Positions 48,762 through 59,081 are shown, counted from the first letter of the stretch. The stretch is 64,000 nt of DNA from a bacterium (GCA_030619905.1 JAUXAO010000003.1:54119-118118), one strand, 5' to 3'. Notes: generated by a model from the sequence alone, not told the origin. Made by a program: numbers and translations.

Positions 48762-49919
48762 ATGAAAAGTCTTGCTGATTTCAATTTCAAAAATAAAAAG
48801 GTTATTGTTAGATGTGATTTTAATGTGTCGATAAAAGACGGCAAGGTTTTTGATGATTTTAGAATAAAAGAAGTCATTCCTACTATAAATCACTTAACCG
48901 AGAATGAGGCAAAGGTGATTTTAATAAGTCATTTCGGTCAGCCAAAAGAGAAAGATATTAAATATAGTTTAAAACCGATAGGTTTAAAGTTAGAAAAATT
49001 ATTAGATAGAAATGTTAAATTTTTGGATGATTGTAAAGGTGGTAAAATAGAGAAAGAAATAGAAAAAATGAAGGCCGGCCAGATTGTTCTTTTGGAGAAC
49101 TTAAGGTTTTATCCCGGCGAAAAAGAAAATGATTTGAAATTTGCCAAAGCTCTGGCTAAATTGGGAGATATCTATATTTCTGAGGCTTTTAGTGTTTGTC
49201 ATCGGAATCATGCCTCTATTGCTACTTTGCCCAAACTAATACCTTCTGGTATTGGATTTTTATTTGGCAGGGAGATTACGGCTCTGACAAAAGTTAAACA
49301 AAATCCAGCCAAGCCTTTAGTTGTTATCATTGGTGGGATAAAAATTTCTTCTAAGATAAAAGTCATTGAAAAATTTCTATCCAAAGCCGATCATCTACTT
49401 TTAGGTGGGAAAATAGCCAATATTATTTTGCGGGTAAAAGGAATTTGTCTTGGTAAACCCTGGCCAGAAGAAGACATTATTAAAATAATTGAAAAATTAA
49501 AACTCACGGATACTAAAATTCATCTTCCAGTAGATGTTGTGGTTTCACCAAATGAGAGTGGTGAAGTTTATATTAGAGAAACTGGTCCAGGAAGTGTCCG
49601 AAAGGAAGAAGGAATTTTTGATATTGGTCCGGAGACAATTGAAACCTTTAAGAAAATTATTGAAGAAGGAAAAACAATTATTTGGTCAGGAGCTTTAGGT
49701 CTGGCTGAAAATGAAAAATTTAGGCAAGGAACAAAATCCATAGCTGAAGCTATTGCCAGGAATCATAATGCTTTTAAAGTTGCTGGTGGAGGAGATACAA
49801 CAAAACTTTTAAAACAATTTGGTTTAAGTGAAGGATTTTCTTATATTTCTACTGGGGGAGGAGCAATGCTGAATTACCTGATCGGAGAGAAAATGCCGGG
49901 CATTGAGGCATTGAAATAA
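48762..49919 (+). CDS. pgk: Phosphoglycerate kinase
   Basis: VIVRCDFNV, ISHFGQPK, LLENLRFYPGEKEND, STGGGAMLNYL. Confidence 0.95.
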   Translation: MKSLADFNFKNKKVIVRCDFNVSIKDGKVFDDFRIKEVIPTINHLTENEAKVILISHFGQPKEKDIKYSLKPIGLKLEKLLDRNVKFLDDCKGGKIEKEIEKMKAGQIVLLENLRFYPGEKENDLKFAKALAKLGDIYISEAFSVCHRNHASIATLPKLIPSGIGFLFGREITALTKVKQNPAKPLVVIIGGIKISSKIKVIEKFLSKADHLLLGGKIANIILRVKGICLGKPWPEEDIIKIIEKLKLTDTKIHLPVDVVVSPNESGEVYIRETGPGSVRKEEGIFDIGPETIETFKKIIEEGKTIIWSGALGLAENEKFRQGTKSIAEAIARNHNAFKVAGGGDTTKLLKQFGLSEGFSYISTGGGAMLNYLIGEKMPGIEALK

Positions 49920-50002
49920 AATATATAGATAAAAAAGAATCAAGACGATGAAGATTAGGACATAGGGGTTCTTTTTTTATTTAGGATAGATTATAATTAT
50001 CT

Positions 50003-51166
50003 ATGGCATCAGAAATTAAAAATCTTAAAAAAGCGGCTCAACGGATTAAAAAAGCCATTGAAAAAAAAGAAAAAATCCTGCTATTTTCTGATTCAGATCT
50101 AGATGGTGTAACTTCACTTGTTATTTTGGAAGAGGCAATAAGGAGCTTAGGAGGAAGAATCCAGGCGATTTGTTTTTCCGAGAGAAGTTTAGAAGAAATG
50201 CATGGCTTTAATAAAGAAGCCATTGATTTTTTTAAAAAATATTCTCCAGCTTTATTAATTACTCTGGACTGCGGTATAACTAATTTCAAAGAAATAGGAT
50301 TAGCTGAGAAAATAGGGCTGGAAACGATAATTGTTGATCACCACCAAATTTTAGACAAGATACCAAAAGCTTCCATTGTTGTTGATCCAAAACAAAAAGG
50401 TGATAATTATCTTTTTAAAGAATTGGCAGCAGTTGGAATTTCATATCACTTGACTCAAGCTCTTTTAGGGAATAAAAAAACGCCAGCTCTTAAAAAAAGT
50501 TTTATTGAACTTACTGCCTTGGGAACTTTAGCTGATATGATGAAGGAATCCGAAGACAACGAAGTATTTATAAAAGAAGGAATTCCTTCTTTAAGAGAAA
50601 CTTCTCGGCCCGGGCTTCGGGCTCTTTTGAAAGTAGTTGCTGAATCTGAAGATTCTCCAAAAGAAATTGCCAGAAAAATTATTTCATTACTAAATATTAC
50701 TGAGGTTAAAAACCATTTGCCAAAAAGTTATTTACTTCTAGTTTCTTCTGATGAATTAAAAGCTGAAAAGATAGCCAGAGAAGTTTGTGAAAAAACTCAA
50801 GAGCGCAGATTAAAAATTAGAGAAGTGACCCAGGAAATTGAGGAAAAGTTTGACAGCCAAGACTCTGGATCTGTTATTTTTGAGGGTAGTGAGGACTGGC
50901 TTCTTGTTTTGACTGGAGCGGTGGCTTCGAGAATCTGTAATAAATTCAAGAAGCCGACTTTTATTTTCAAAAAAGGCAAACAAATTTCCAAAGGTTCAGT
51001 CAGAACACCAAAAGGGATAGACAGCGTTAAAGCTATGAGAAGATGTGGCCATTTGCTTGAAGTTTTTGGCGGTCATACTCAGGCTTCGGGATTTACTGTT
51101 AAAAACGAAAATCTTGATAAATTCAAGCGATGTTTAATAGATTATTTTGACAATCTTAAACTATGA
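50003..51166 (+). CDS. DHH-family phosphoesterase, RecJ-like (short form)
   Basis: ILLFSDSDLDGVTSLVIL (DHH motifs I/II), ITLDCGITN, IIVDHHQ, GGHTQASGF (DHHA1). Confidence 0.75.
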   Translation: MASEIKNLKKAAQRIKKAIEKKEKILLFSDSDLDGVTSLVILEEAIRSLGGRIQAICFSERSLEEMHGFNKEAIDFFKKYSPALLITLDCGITNFKEIGLAEKIGLETIIVDHHQILDKIPKASIVVDPKQKGDNYLFKELAAVGISYHLTQALLGNKKTPALKKSFIELTALGTLADMMKESEDNEVFIKEGIPSLRETSRPGLRALLKVVAESEDSPKEIARKIISLLNITEVKNHLPKSYLLLVSSDELKAEKIAREVCEKTQERRLKIREVTQEIEEKFDSQDSGSVIFEGSEDWLLVLTGAVASRICNKFKKPTFIFKKGKQISKGSVRTPKGIDSVKAMRRCGHLLEVFGGHTQASGFTVKNENLDKFKRCLIDYFDNLKL

Positions 51167-51615
51167 AAAAAGATATAGAGAAAATTGTTATTCATATTGA
51201 TGGGGGATCGCGGGGTAATCCTGGACCAGCCGGTTTTGGCATTTTAGTTTCTGATAGTAAGAGAAATGTTCTGAAGAAGTATTCTCAATATATTGGCGAG
51301 GCAACTAATAATGAGGCAGAATATCAAGCCTTAATTTTTGCTTTGAAAAAAACAAAATCCCTTTTTGGAAAAGAGAAGATTAAGAAGACAGTGGTAGAAT
51401 TAATGTCAGATTCAGAACTTTTAATAAAACAGATAAAAGGGGAGTATAAAATTTTAAATCCTAAAATCCAATCTCTTTTTTTAAAAGCTTGGAACTTGAA
51501 AATTGATTTCGGAAAGTTGAAGTTTTTTCTTATCCCTCGAGAAGAAAACCAAGAAGCTGACAGATTAGTTAATGAAGTTTTAGATGCTGAGGCTAAAACC
51601 CAAAAACTCTTGTAA
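51163..51615 (+). CDS. rnhA: Ribonuclease HI
   Basis: IHIDGGSRGNPGPAGFGILV...TNNEAEYQALIFALKK...QEADRLVNEVL. Confidence 0.85.
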   Translation: MKKDIEKIVIHIDGGSRGNPGPAGFGILVSDSKRNVLKKYSQYIGEATNNEAEYQALIFALKKTKSLFGKEKIKKTVVELMSDSELLIKQIKGEYKILNPKIQSLFLKAWNLKIDFGKLKFFLIPREENQEADRLVNEVLDAEAKTQKLL

Positions 51616-51623
51616 TCAAAAAT

Positions 51624-51968
51624 CCTAGTAAGTCGATAAGCCGAATTCTGTCGAGGGTAATCATTTATCTAGCCCCTTGATTACTCTTGGGGTCGAGCGA
51701 AGTACCTTTCTCCTTGGACAAATCCGGAGATTGGCCAAAGAGTTTCTTCTTGCACCGGATAAGGATTTAGCCGTTTCACCCCTCGATTACTCGAGGACTA
51801 CCCCATCGTTTGACGGGGTGCTCAGCCTTTCGGCCTTGCACGTCTCTGTTCGCACCTCTAACCTCACGGTCGACGGGCGTTACCCGCTATCTTCTTTGGT
51901 GTTCGGACTTTCCTCTATCAATTCTGTCCAAAAGGACAAAATTGACAGCGATTACCTAACTTACTAGG
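51624..51968 (-). ncRNA. rnpB: RNase P RNA (bacterial type A)
   Basis: The reverse complement carries GAGGAAAGUCCGAACACC (plus-strand 51898-51915) and ACAGAAUUCGGCUUAU (51636-51651). The P1 stem is cctagtaagt/acttactagg at the two ends. The region is locally GC-rich. Confidence 0.9.
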
Positions 51969-52033
51969 ATATTCTAATTTTACCAAATTTAAACATTCTT
52001 GTCAATTGATATCAATTTGCTTAAAATAAATCT

Positions 52034-53689
52034 ATGATTAGTCGATTTCTTAATTCCAAAACGAAAACTGTTACTTTTGCTGCAGTTGTTCTGGCTAGTG
52101 CTGGTCTTTTAAGCAGGGCATTCGGATTATTAAGAGATAATCTTTTAGCTAATCTTCTTCCTAAAGCACAGACTGATATTTATTTTGCCGCTTTTCGAAT
52201 TCCTGATTTTGTTTATGGGATTCTGATTACGGGAGGCATAGTGGCTGCTTTTTTGCCTGTTTTTTCAGCTGAATTTAAAAAAAGCAAACAAGATGCCCAG
52301 ACTCTTACCAATAATGTTCTAACGTTTTTTCTTATTGCTTTGATTGTGATTTGTTCAATTTTAGCAATATTTACTCCTTATCTCATTGAACTGCTTGTTC
52401 CTGGATTCAGCGCAGCTCAGAAAGCACAAACAATTGCCTTAACCAGGATAATGTTTTTAAGCCCCATTCTTTTGGGGATTTCTTCAATATTCTCCGGTAT
52501 TTTGCAATATTCCAGTTTGTTTTTTGCTTATTCTCTAACCCCAATTCTATATAATATCGGGATTATTTTTGGAATTGTATTTTTTCTGCCTTTGTTTGAC
52601 TTTGATCTTCGAGCATTGGCTTGCGGGGTTGTTCTGGGCGCTCTTTTACATTTGTTGATTCAGATTCCTCCGATTCTGAAATCTGGTTTCCGGCCCCGTT
52701 TTTCTTTTAATTTTCGTCATCTCGGCCTTCAAAGAATTTTTAAATTAATGATTCCAAGAACTTTGGGAGCCGGGGCTTTTCATCTAAATTTAATTGTTAT
52801 AACTGCAATTGCCTCAACTTTATCTCCAGGTTCAATTAGTATTTTTAATTTTTCCAATAATCTGCAGGGTATGCCTATTGGTTTGATTGGCATATCTTTT
52901 GCCACTGCTGCTTTTCCAGCTTTTTCCCGCCATTTTATTCAAAAAGAGAAAGAGAAGTTTTTAAAAAAGTTTTTCTCAATTTTTTCCCAAATTCTTTTCT
53001 TGATAATCCCGTTGAGTTTTTTAATATTTCTTTTAAGAGCTCAGATAGTTAGATTGATTTTAGGAACTTCGATTATAGGTGAAGGTCTTTTTGGATGGTG
53101 GCAGACCCGTTTAACAGCTGCTTGCCTTGGTATTTTTTGTATTGCTCTTTTTGCCAACTGCCTTATTCCTTTTTTGGCCAAGGTTTTTTATTCTTTTCAT
53201 GATACCAGAACACCGGTTAAGATTGCTATTTTTTCAGTGATTTTGAATGTAATCCTTTGTTATTCTTTTGTAGGTTTTTTAAGTTCTCCCAGTTTTCTCC
53301 AGGGGGAGATTGTTAATTTTTTAAAACTTAAAGGAGTTCAAGGTATTTCTGTTCTTGGTTTGCCCTTGGCTCTTTGCATATCGTCTATCTGCCAGCTCTT
53401 TCTGCTCGTTTCTTTTTTAAAAAGAAAGATCAAGATATTGGATTTCCGAAAAATCTATTTTTCTTTTCTCAAAGTTTTAGTTTCCGCAGTCTTAATGGCA
53501 ATTCTTGTTTATCTTACTTTGCAGATTTCTGCCATCTTTTTATCTACAAATAAGGTGTCGGGAATCTTTTTGCAGACGTTTTTCGCTGCAGTCGTTGGTA
53601 TTTTTAGTTACGGTCTTTTCTCTTTTCTCTTAAAATCCCAGGAACCAAGAATTATTTGGTCATCTATTTCAACTCAATTCAAAAAGTAA
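52034..53689 (+). CDS. murJ: Lipid II flippase MurJ (MviN)
   Basis: 551 aa, 14-TM type. LSRAFGLLRDNLLANLL...AFRIPDFVYGILITGG at the N-terminus. Confidence 0.9.
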   Translation: MISRFLNSKTKTVTFAAVVLASAGLLSRAFGLLRDNLLANLLPKAQTDIYFAAFRIPDFVYGILITGGIVAAFLPVFSAEFKKSKQDAQTLTNNVLTFFLIALIVICSILAIFTPYLIELLVPGFSAAQKAQTIALTRIMFLSPILLGISSIFSGILQYSSLFFAYSLTPILYNIGIIFGIVFFLPLFDFDLRALACGVVLGALLHLLIQIPPILKSGFRPRFSFNFRHLGLQRIFKLMIPRTLGAGAFHLNLIVITAIASTLSPGSISIFNFSNNLQGMPIGLIGISFATAAFPAFSRHFIQKEKEKFLKKFFSIFSQILFLIIPLSFLIFLLRAQIVRLILGTSIIGEGLFGWWQTRLTAACLGIFCIALFANCLIPFLAKVFYSFHDTRTPVKIAIFSVILNVILCYSFVGFLSSPSFLQGEIVNFLKLKGVQGISVLGLPLALCISSICQLFLLVSFLKRKIKILDFRKIYFSFLKVLVSAVLMAILVYLTLQISAIFLSTNKVSGIFLQTFFAAVVGIFSYGLFSFLLKSQEPRIIWSSISTQFKK

Positions 53690-55509
53690 TGGATTCATCT
53701 TACATTAAAAATTTTGTAATAATTTCACATGTGGATCACGGGAAGTCGACTTTGGCTGACCGTTTTTTGGAATTGACCAAAACAATTTCCAAGGAAAAAA
53801 TGCACTCCTGTTATCTTGATTCAATGGATCTGGAGAAGGAGAAAGGTATTACTATTAAACTTCATCCAGTCAGAATGGAGTTTGAGGTTTCAAATTCAAA
53901 ATATATTTTAAACCTAATAGACACTCCTGGTCATATTGATTTTTCTTACGAAACCTCCAGGGCTTTAGCAGCTGTTGAGGGAGCAATTTTACTGGTTGAT
54001 GCCAGTCAAGGGATTCAGGCTCAGACGCTTTTTAACTTAGAGCAAGCCAGGAAACAAAAATTAAAAATTATCGGAGCGGTTAATAAAATTGATTTAGTGA
54101 GTGCTCAGGTTTCTCAAACTAGAAAAGAGCTTGCCTCCATATTAAAAGTTAAAGAAAAAGAAATTTTTATTATTTCGGCGAAAAAGGGGACAAATGTACC
54201 TGAACTTTTAAAAGCAGTTGTTGAAAAAACTCCTTGTCCCTTAATTCAAAAAACAGTTCCGGATGGAATGTCAAAAGCCCTTATTTTTGATTCTAAATAT
54301 GATTCTTTTTCCGGAGTTACAGTTTTTGTCAGGGTATTTGAAGGGGAAATTCAAAAAGGAGACAAGATTTGTTTAATGGCAACAGAAACAGAGAGTGAAG
54401 TAAAGGAAGTAGGCTATTTTTCTCCTCAATTAGAACCTTGCTTGAGTTTAAAAGCTGGCGAGATTGGCTATATCAAAACAGGAATTAAAGAACCTTCAAA
54501 AGTAAAAGTTGGAGATACAATATTAAAAATAATAGATGCTAAATATCAAACATTAGGCATTAAACCTTTGTCGGGATATAAAGAACCCCAATTGGTTTTG
54601 TTTTTAAGCTTGTATCCTCAAGACAGCGATGAGTTTGAAAATCTGAAAGAGAGTTTGAATAAATTAAAATTAAATGACCCGACTTTAGATTTTCAGATAG
54701 AATCAAAAATGGATTTAGGCAGGGGATTCCGTTGCGGCTTTTTAGGTTCTTTGCATGCTGAAATTACAGCCAGACGCTTAAAGCAAGAATTTGATTTGGA
54801 TTTGATTTTAACTTCGCCTCAGGTAGTTTTTAAAATATTAACTAAAAATGGGGAGGAAATCTTTGTTTCTTCTCCAGCTTTATGGCCAGATTCTTCTCAA
54901 ATTCAGGAAATCCAAGAACCATGGGTTGAACTGGAGATAATAACTCCCAATTCGCATTTTAACTCTGTTTTTAAAATCCTGGAAAATTTTAACGCTTCTG
55001 TTGAAAAAACAGAATCTTTTACTTCCCATAAATCACTCTTATCCGCTCAAACCTCTTTAAGGGAGATAATCAGCGGCAATTTTTATGATAAATTGAAAAG
55101 CATTAGTCAGGGCTATGCTTCTTTCAGTTTTCGTCAGATCGGATTTAGAAAAAGTGACTTGGTTAAACTTAATATTTTGATTAATGGAGAACCAGAAGAA
55201 CCTTTTTCAAAAATTGTTTCTAGAGAAAAAGCATTTTCTGAAGGGAAAATGCTGGTTCGTAAGCTAAAAAAGGTTTTGCCGCCGCAGCAATTTGCTGTTT
55301 CCCTGCAAGCTGCTTTAGGAGGCAAGATTATTGCAAGAGAAACAATAAGAGCCAGGAGAAAAGATGTAACAGCTCCTTTATACGGAGGCGATGTAACCAG
55401 AAAGAAAAAATTGCTGGAAATTCAGAAAAAAGGCAAAAAGAAATTAAAAACAAAAGGTAAAATTAATATACCTCCCAATGTGTTCTTAGAAATGTTGAAA
55501 GAAGACTAA
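53689..55509 (+). CDS. lepA: Elongation factor 4 (LepA)
   Basis: IKNFVIISHVDHGKSTLADR, DTPGHIDFSYE, NKIDL, and the C-terminal LepA-specific region. Start moved to the ATG at 53689 (TAATG overlap with murJ). Confidence 0.95.
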   Translation: MDSSYIKNFVIISHVDHGKSTLADRFLELTKTISKEKMHSCYLDSMDLEKEKGITIKLHPVRMEFEVSNSKYILNLIDTPGHIDFSYETSRALAAVEGAILLVDASQGIQAQTLFNLEQARKQKLKIIGAVNKIDLVSAQVSQTRKELASILKVKEKEIFIISAKKGTNVPELLKAVVEKTPCPLIQKTVPDGMSKALIFDSKYDSFSGVTVFVRVFEGEIQKGDKICLMATETESEVKEVGYFSPQLEPCLSLKAGEIGYIKTGIKEPSKVKVGDTILKIIDAKYQTLGIKPLSGYKEPQLVLFLSLYPQDSDEFENLKESLNKLKLNDPTLDFQIESKMDLGRGFRCGFLGSLHAEITARRLKQEFDLDLILTSPQVVFKILTKNGEEIFVSSPALWPDSSQIQEIQEPWVELEIITPNSHFNSVFKILENFNASVEKTESFTSHKSLLSAQTSLREIISGNFYDKLKSISQGYASFSFRQIGFRKSDLVKLNILINGEPEEPFSKIVSREKAFSEGKMLVRKLKKVLPPQQFAVSLQAALGGKIIARETIRARRKDVTAPLYGGDVTRKKKLLEIQKKGKKKLKTKGKINIPPNVFLEMLKED

Positions 55510-55545
55510 TCTAAAATCTTGAAGCAATGAGAAACTTGTGGTAAA

Positions 55546-55650
55546 TTAGAAAAGAGGCCCGATTAAAAATCCAAGTAAACTCAAAATTATCATAGAAATT
55601 ATTATAATCCAGACTATTCTAAAGATAGATTTTGCTTTTATCTGTTTCAT
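55546..55650 (-). CDS. Candidate 34-aa single-TM mini-protein (MKQIKAKSIFRIVWIIIISMIILSLLGFLIGPLF)
   Basis: ATG-to-TAA ORF in an otherwise empty 147-nt spacer. Basic N-terminus plus one hydrophobic helix. No homology claim possible. Confidence 0.3.
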   Translation of the reverse strand: MKQIKAKSIFRIVWIIIISMIILSLLGFLIGPLF

Positions 55651-55656
55651 TATTTC

Positions 55657-56088
55657 ATGATAGCAAGATTTAAGAAAATTGAAAACTGGCAGAGGAAAAA
55701 AAGGAATTTCTTTTCAATAATAATTTTCCTATTTGTAGGAATAGGGGTTATCTTGATTACATCTTGGTTGGTTATCGGTAATTTGAAAATAAGTCAGAAA
55801 AGAAAAGAGCTTGATTTAAAAATTAGTTCCCTAAAAGAAGAGATCCAAAAACTTCAAGATATGGAAACAGTTCTTCAATCCCAAATTTTTCGGACAGAGG
55901 AAGAAGAAAAAGAGTATTTAGAAGAAGTGGCTCGAGATGATTTTGGTCTTAAACAAGAAGAAGAAGAGGCAGTTGCTATTATCTTTGAACCAGACAAAGA
56001 AGAACCTGATCAAAACGATGATGCTCTTTCAGAAAAAGAATCAATTTGGCAGAAAATCTTCCAGGGGATTAGAGACTTCTTTTATTAA
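55657..56088 (+). CDS. Septum formation initiator (FtsB/DivIC family)
   Basis: One N-terminal TM helix, a coiled coil (LDLKISSLKEEIQKLQDME), then YLEEVARDDFGLKQEEE, typical of the family. Confidence 0.7.
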   Translation: MIARFKKIENWQRKKRNFFSIIIFLFVGIGVILITSWLVIGNLKISQKRKELDLKISSLKEEIQKLQDMETVLQSQIFRTEEEEKEYLEEVARDDFGLKQEEEEAVAIIFEPDKEEPDQNDDALSEKESIWQKIFQGIRDFFY

Positions 56089-56099
56089 ATGATTTTGTT

Positions 56100-56170
56100 G
56101 CGAGTGTAGTATAATGGTATTATATAACCTTCCCAAGGTTCAGACGAGGGTTCGATTCCCTTCACTCGCT
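56100..56170 (+). tRNA. tRNA-Gly (anticodon CCC)
   Basis: Acceptor gcgagtg/cactcgc. Anticodon loop ttCCCaa. T arm gaggg-ttcgatt-ccctt. No encoded CCA. Confidence 0.85.
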
Positions 56171-56180
56171 TTATTCTTCT

Positions 56181-56252
56181 GCCAGTGTAGCTCAGTGGTA
56201 GAGCAGGGCTTTCGTAAAGCTCAGGTCGTCGGTTCAAGTCCGACCGCTGGCT
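56181..56252 (+). tRNA. tRNA-Thr (anticodon CGU)
   Basis: Acceptor gccagtg/cgctggc. D arm gctc-agtggta-gagc. Anticodon loop ttCGTaa. T arm gtcgg-ttcaagt-ccgac. Confidence 0.9.
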
Positions 56253-56261
56253 CTTCTATCT

Positions 56262-57365
56262 ATGAAAGAAATCCAGGAGAAAATTAAAGATTTAGAAATG
56301 CGATTTAAAGACTTAAATGCCCGATTCGACTTGGATGAAAAAATGAAAGAGATAGGAGATTTGAAAAAAAAGGCAGATAAGTCGGATTTTTGGCAGGATC
56401 AGAAAAAAGCATCTGAGATATCTCAGAAAATAGCTCTTTTGGAAAGTAATATTGAGAATCTAAGGAATCTGGGAAAAGAGATCGAAGATCTTAAAGAAAT
56501 ATCTAAACTTGTAAAAGAGGAAAGTGAAGAATTTAAGGAGTTAGAAAAGAATTACAAGGTTTTGGAGGAAAAGATTAAAAAAGGAGAAGAAAGAGTTTTT
56601 CTTTCTGGTCCTTACGATAAACTGTCAGCCATTATTACTATTCAGGCTGGGGCCGGAGGAAGAGACGCTGAAGATTGGGTAGCCATGCTTTTAAGAATGT
56701 ATCAGAAATACTGCGATATTCAGGGATTAAAAACAAAGATTTTATATCAGAATTTTGGCGAAGGAGGAGGACCAGAAGGCAGAATTGGCATCAAAGAAGT
56801 TTCAACGAAAATTAAAGGAAATTATGTATATGGTCTTTTAAAAAATGAACAAGGCATTCATCGACTAGTCCGCATATCGCCTTTTTCTGCTCAAGCACTT
56901 CGTCATACTTCTTTTGCTAAAGTAGAAGTTTTACCAGAAATTCCAGAGTCTGACATGTCGAAAATAGAAATCAAATCAGAGGATTTAAGGGTTGAAACAT
57001 TCCGGGCTTCAGGACCTGGCGGGCAACATGTAAACAAACGAGATTCAGCTGTCCGAATTATTCATTTGCCAACAGGTCTTAAAGCAAGTTCTCAGGAAGA
57101 AAGACTACAAGGATTAAACCGAAAAAAAGCAATGCAGGTTTTAATGACAAAGCTTCTCAGGCTTTCTCAACAGGAGAAAGAAAAAGAGATTAAAAAAGTT
57201 AAAGGGGAAAAGATTTCTGCCAGTTGGGGAAATCAACGCCGCTCCTATGTCTTACATCCATACAAACTTTGTAAAGATATTCAAACTGGAGTTGAAACCT
57301 CAAACGTTGAAGCAGTGCTTGATGGAGATTTGGATAAATTCATTCAGGCCGAAGTAAAAATATGA
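56262..57365 (+). CDS. prfB: Peptide chain release factor 2
   Basis: SPF tripeptide (RISPFSAQ) and GGQ (SGPGGQHVNK). A single uninterrupted ORF with no +1 frameshift site. Confidence 0.95.
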   Translation: MKEIQEKIKDLEMRFKDLNARFDLDEKMKEIGDLKKKADKSDFWQDQKKASEISQKIALLESNIENLRNLGKEIEDLKEISKLVKEESEEFKELEKNYKVLEEKIKKGEERVFLSGPYDKLSAIITIQAGAGGRDAEDWVAMLLRMYQKYCDIQGLKTKILYQNFGEGGGPEGRIGIKEVSTKIKGNYVYGLLKNEQGIHRLVRISPFSAQALRHTSFAKVEVLPEIPESDMSKIEIKSEDLRVETFRASGPGGQHVNKRDSAVRIIHLPTGLKASSQEERLQGLNRKKAMQVLMTKLLRLSQQEKEKEIKKVKGEKISASWGNQRRSYVLHPYKLCKDIQTGVETSNVEAVLDGDLDKFIQAEVKI

Positions 57366-58057
57366 TATCATTTCAAAATGTTAGTAAAATTTATTATTCC
57401 AGTGTAAATTCTTATCCTATAACTGCTCTAAAGGATGTTTCTTTTATTGTTGAGCCGAAAGAATTTGTTTCCATTGTTGGCAGGTCAGGAGCTGGCAAAA
57501 CAACTTTGGTAAAGCTGTTAATTGGTGAGGAAAGAATAACTGAGGGTGAGATTTTTTTCAGAAACAAAAATATTGCTAGGATAAAATCCAATGAACTTCA
57601 GAAAATTCGGAAAAAAATTGGAGTGGTTTATCAGGATTACCGGCTTTTGTTTTCCAAAACAGTTTATGAAAATGTAAGTTATATTCTTGAGGTAATGGGG
57701 TTTTCTGATCAAGATATTGCCCGAGATGTTTCTCGGATTTTAGGAATAGTCAGGCTTCGGGAGAGAGCAAAGAATTTTCCTGAGGAGCTTTCCGGAGGAG
57801 AACAGCAAAGGTTGGTAATAGCTCGAGCCCTGGTTCACCAGCCGGAAATTGTTATTGCCGATGAACCCACTGGAAATTTAGACCCTTATAATACATTTGA
57901 GATAATAAATCTTTTTAAAAAAATTAATGAATCTGGCACTACTGTTATTTTAGCCACTCATGACAAGAGGATTATTGATGGTCTGGCTAAAAGAGTTATC
58001 ACTTTAGAAGCAGGTCGGCTGATTCGCGACGAACAAGGAGGAAAATTTATATTATAA
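57362..58057 (+). CDS. ftsE: Cell division ATP-binding protein FtsE
   Basis: GRSGAGKTTL, LSGGEQQRLVIARAL, IVIADEPTGNLD. Confidence 0.95.
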   Translation: MISFQNVSKIYYSSVNSYPITALKDVSFIVEPKEFVSIVGRSGAGKTTLVKLLIGEERITEGEIFFRNKNIARIKSNELQKIRKKIGVVYQDYRLLFSKTVYENVSYILEVMGFSDQDIARDVSRILGIVRLRERAKNFPEELSGGEQQRLVIARALVHQPEIVIADEPTGNLDPYNTFEIINLFKKINESGTTVILATHDKRIIDGLAKRVITLEAGRLIRDEQGGKFIL

Positions 58058-58060
58058 CCT

Positions 58061-58972
58061 ATGTTTATATCTTTAAAACGTGTTTTCAAATTTGCTTGGC
58101 AGGGGTTTTTACGTAACAGGGTTCTTGGTCTGGAAGTAATGTTTATTATGGCCATAGCTGTTTTTCTAATTACCTCTCTTTTTCTTTTTCAAGGAATAAG
58201 TGATTTTTTAATCAAGGAAGTTCAGGAGAAAGTTGATGTTTCTGTTTATTTTAAAGAAACTGTTCGGGAAGAGGAGATTTTAAGCGTGGAAAGAAATCTT
58301 TACAAGTTTTCTAATGAAATAGAAAGCGTTGAATATATTTCTCGGGAAAAAGCTCTTGAAAACTTTATTGAAAAACACAAAGATGAGCCAATCTATCTTG
58401 AAGCTCTGCAAGAAATAGGATATAATCCTTTTCTGCCTTCCTTGAATATTAAAGCCCGTGATCCAAGTTATTATGCTCCGATTTCTAATTATCTGAATCA
58501 AGATTCTCTTCAGGGTATAATAGAAAGGGTTTCTTTTTTCCAGAATAAAAAAGTAATTGATAAACTTTCTTCAATAACTGCTAATGTTAAAACTGTTGTT
58601 ATCAGTTTAAGTTTAATTCTTGGGCTTTTGGCTGTTTTAATCACTTTTAACACTATTAAATTGACAATTTTCACTTCCAAAGAAGAGATTTCAACTATGC
58701 AGCTTGTGGGTGCGTCCAACTGGTTTATCAGAGGCCCTTTTGTTATTCAGGGAATTTTTTACGGAATTATTTCTGTTCTGGCTGTTAATTTATTGTTTTT
58801 AATTGCCTTTGCTTTCTTTAGCTATAGGCTGGAAACATTCTTTTTAGGCTTTAACCTGCTTAATTATTTCCAGATGAATTTTCTTTCCTTGTTATGGATT
58901 CAAATTGCGTTTGCTGGAATTCTTGCTATATTTTCCACCTTACTTGCTCTTCATAAATATTTGAAAGTGTAA
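58061..58972 (+). CDS. ftsX: Cell division permease FtsX
   Basis: 303 aa. TM1, a periplasmic domain, then 3 TM helices with EISTMQLVGASNWFIRGPFVIQG. Confidence 0.9.
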   Translation: MFISLKRVFKFAWQGFLRNRVLGLEVMFIMAIAVFLITSLFLFQGISDFLIKEVQEKVDVSVYFKETVREEEILSVERNLYKFSNEIESVEYISREKALENFIEKHKDEPIYLEALQEIGYNPFLPSLNIKARDPSYYAPISNYLNQDSLQGIIERVSFFQNKKVIDKLSSITANVKTVVISLSLILGLLAVLITFNTIKLTIFTSKEEISTMQLVGASNWFIRGPFVIQGIFYGIISVLAVNLLFLIAFAFFSYRLETFFLGFNLLNYFQMNFLSLLWIQIAFAGILAIFSTLLALHKYLKV

Positions 58973-58978
58973 TTATAT

Positions 58979-59052
58979 TGCCGGGTCATCTAACGGTAGG
59001 ATTGATGCCTCTGGAGCATCCCATCTTGGTTCGAATCCAAGCCCGGCAGCCA
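58979..59052 (+). tRNA. tRNA-Gln (anticodon CUG) with encoded CCA
   Basis: Acceptor tgccggg/cccggca (U1-A72). Anticodon arm gatgc-ctCTGga-gcatc. T arm cttgg-ttcgaat-ccaag. Discriminator g followed by cca. Confidence 0.85.
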
Positions 59053-59081
59053 TCACTGAGTGTAGTTTGATAGACCGAGAC

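Noticed and set aside
51677-51967. 96-aa + strand ORF in a locally GC-rich segment
   Set aside because: It is the antisense shadow of RNase P RNA. The minus strand carries the GAGGAAAGUCCG and ACAGAAUUCGGCUUAU signatures and a closing P1 stem.
56262-57365. Looked for the programmed +1 frameshift site (CUU UGA C) common in prfB
   Set aside because: The RF2 ORF is uninterrupted from its ATG and no early in-frame TGA is present, so this prfB is not autoregulated by frameshifting. This is not unusual enough to report as a finding.
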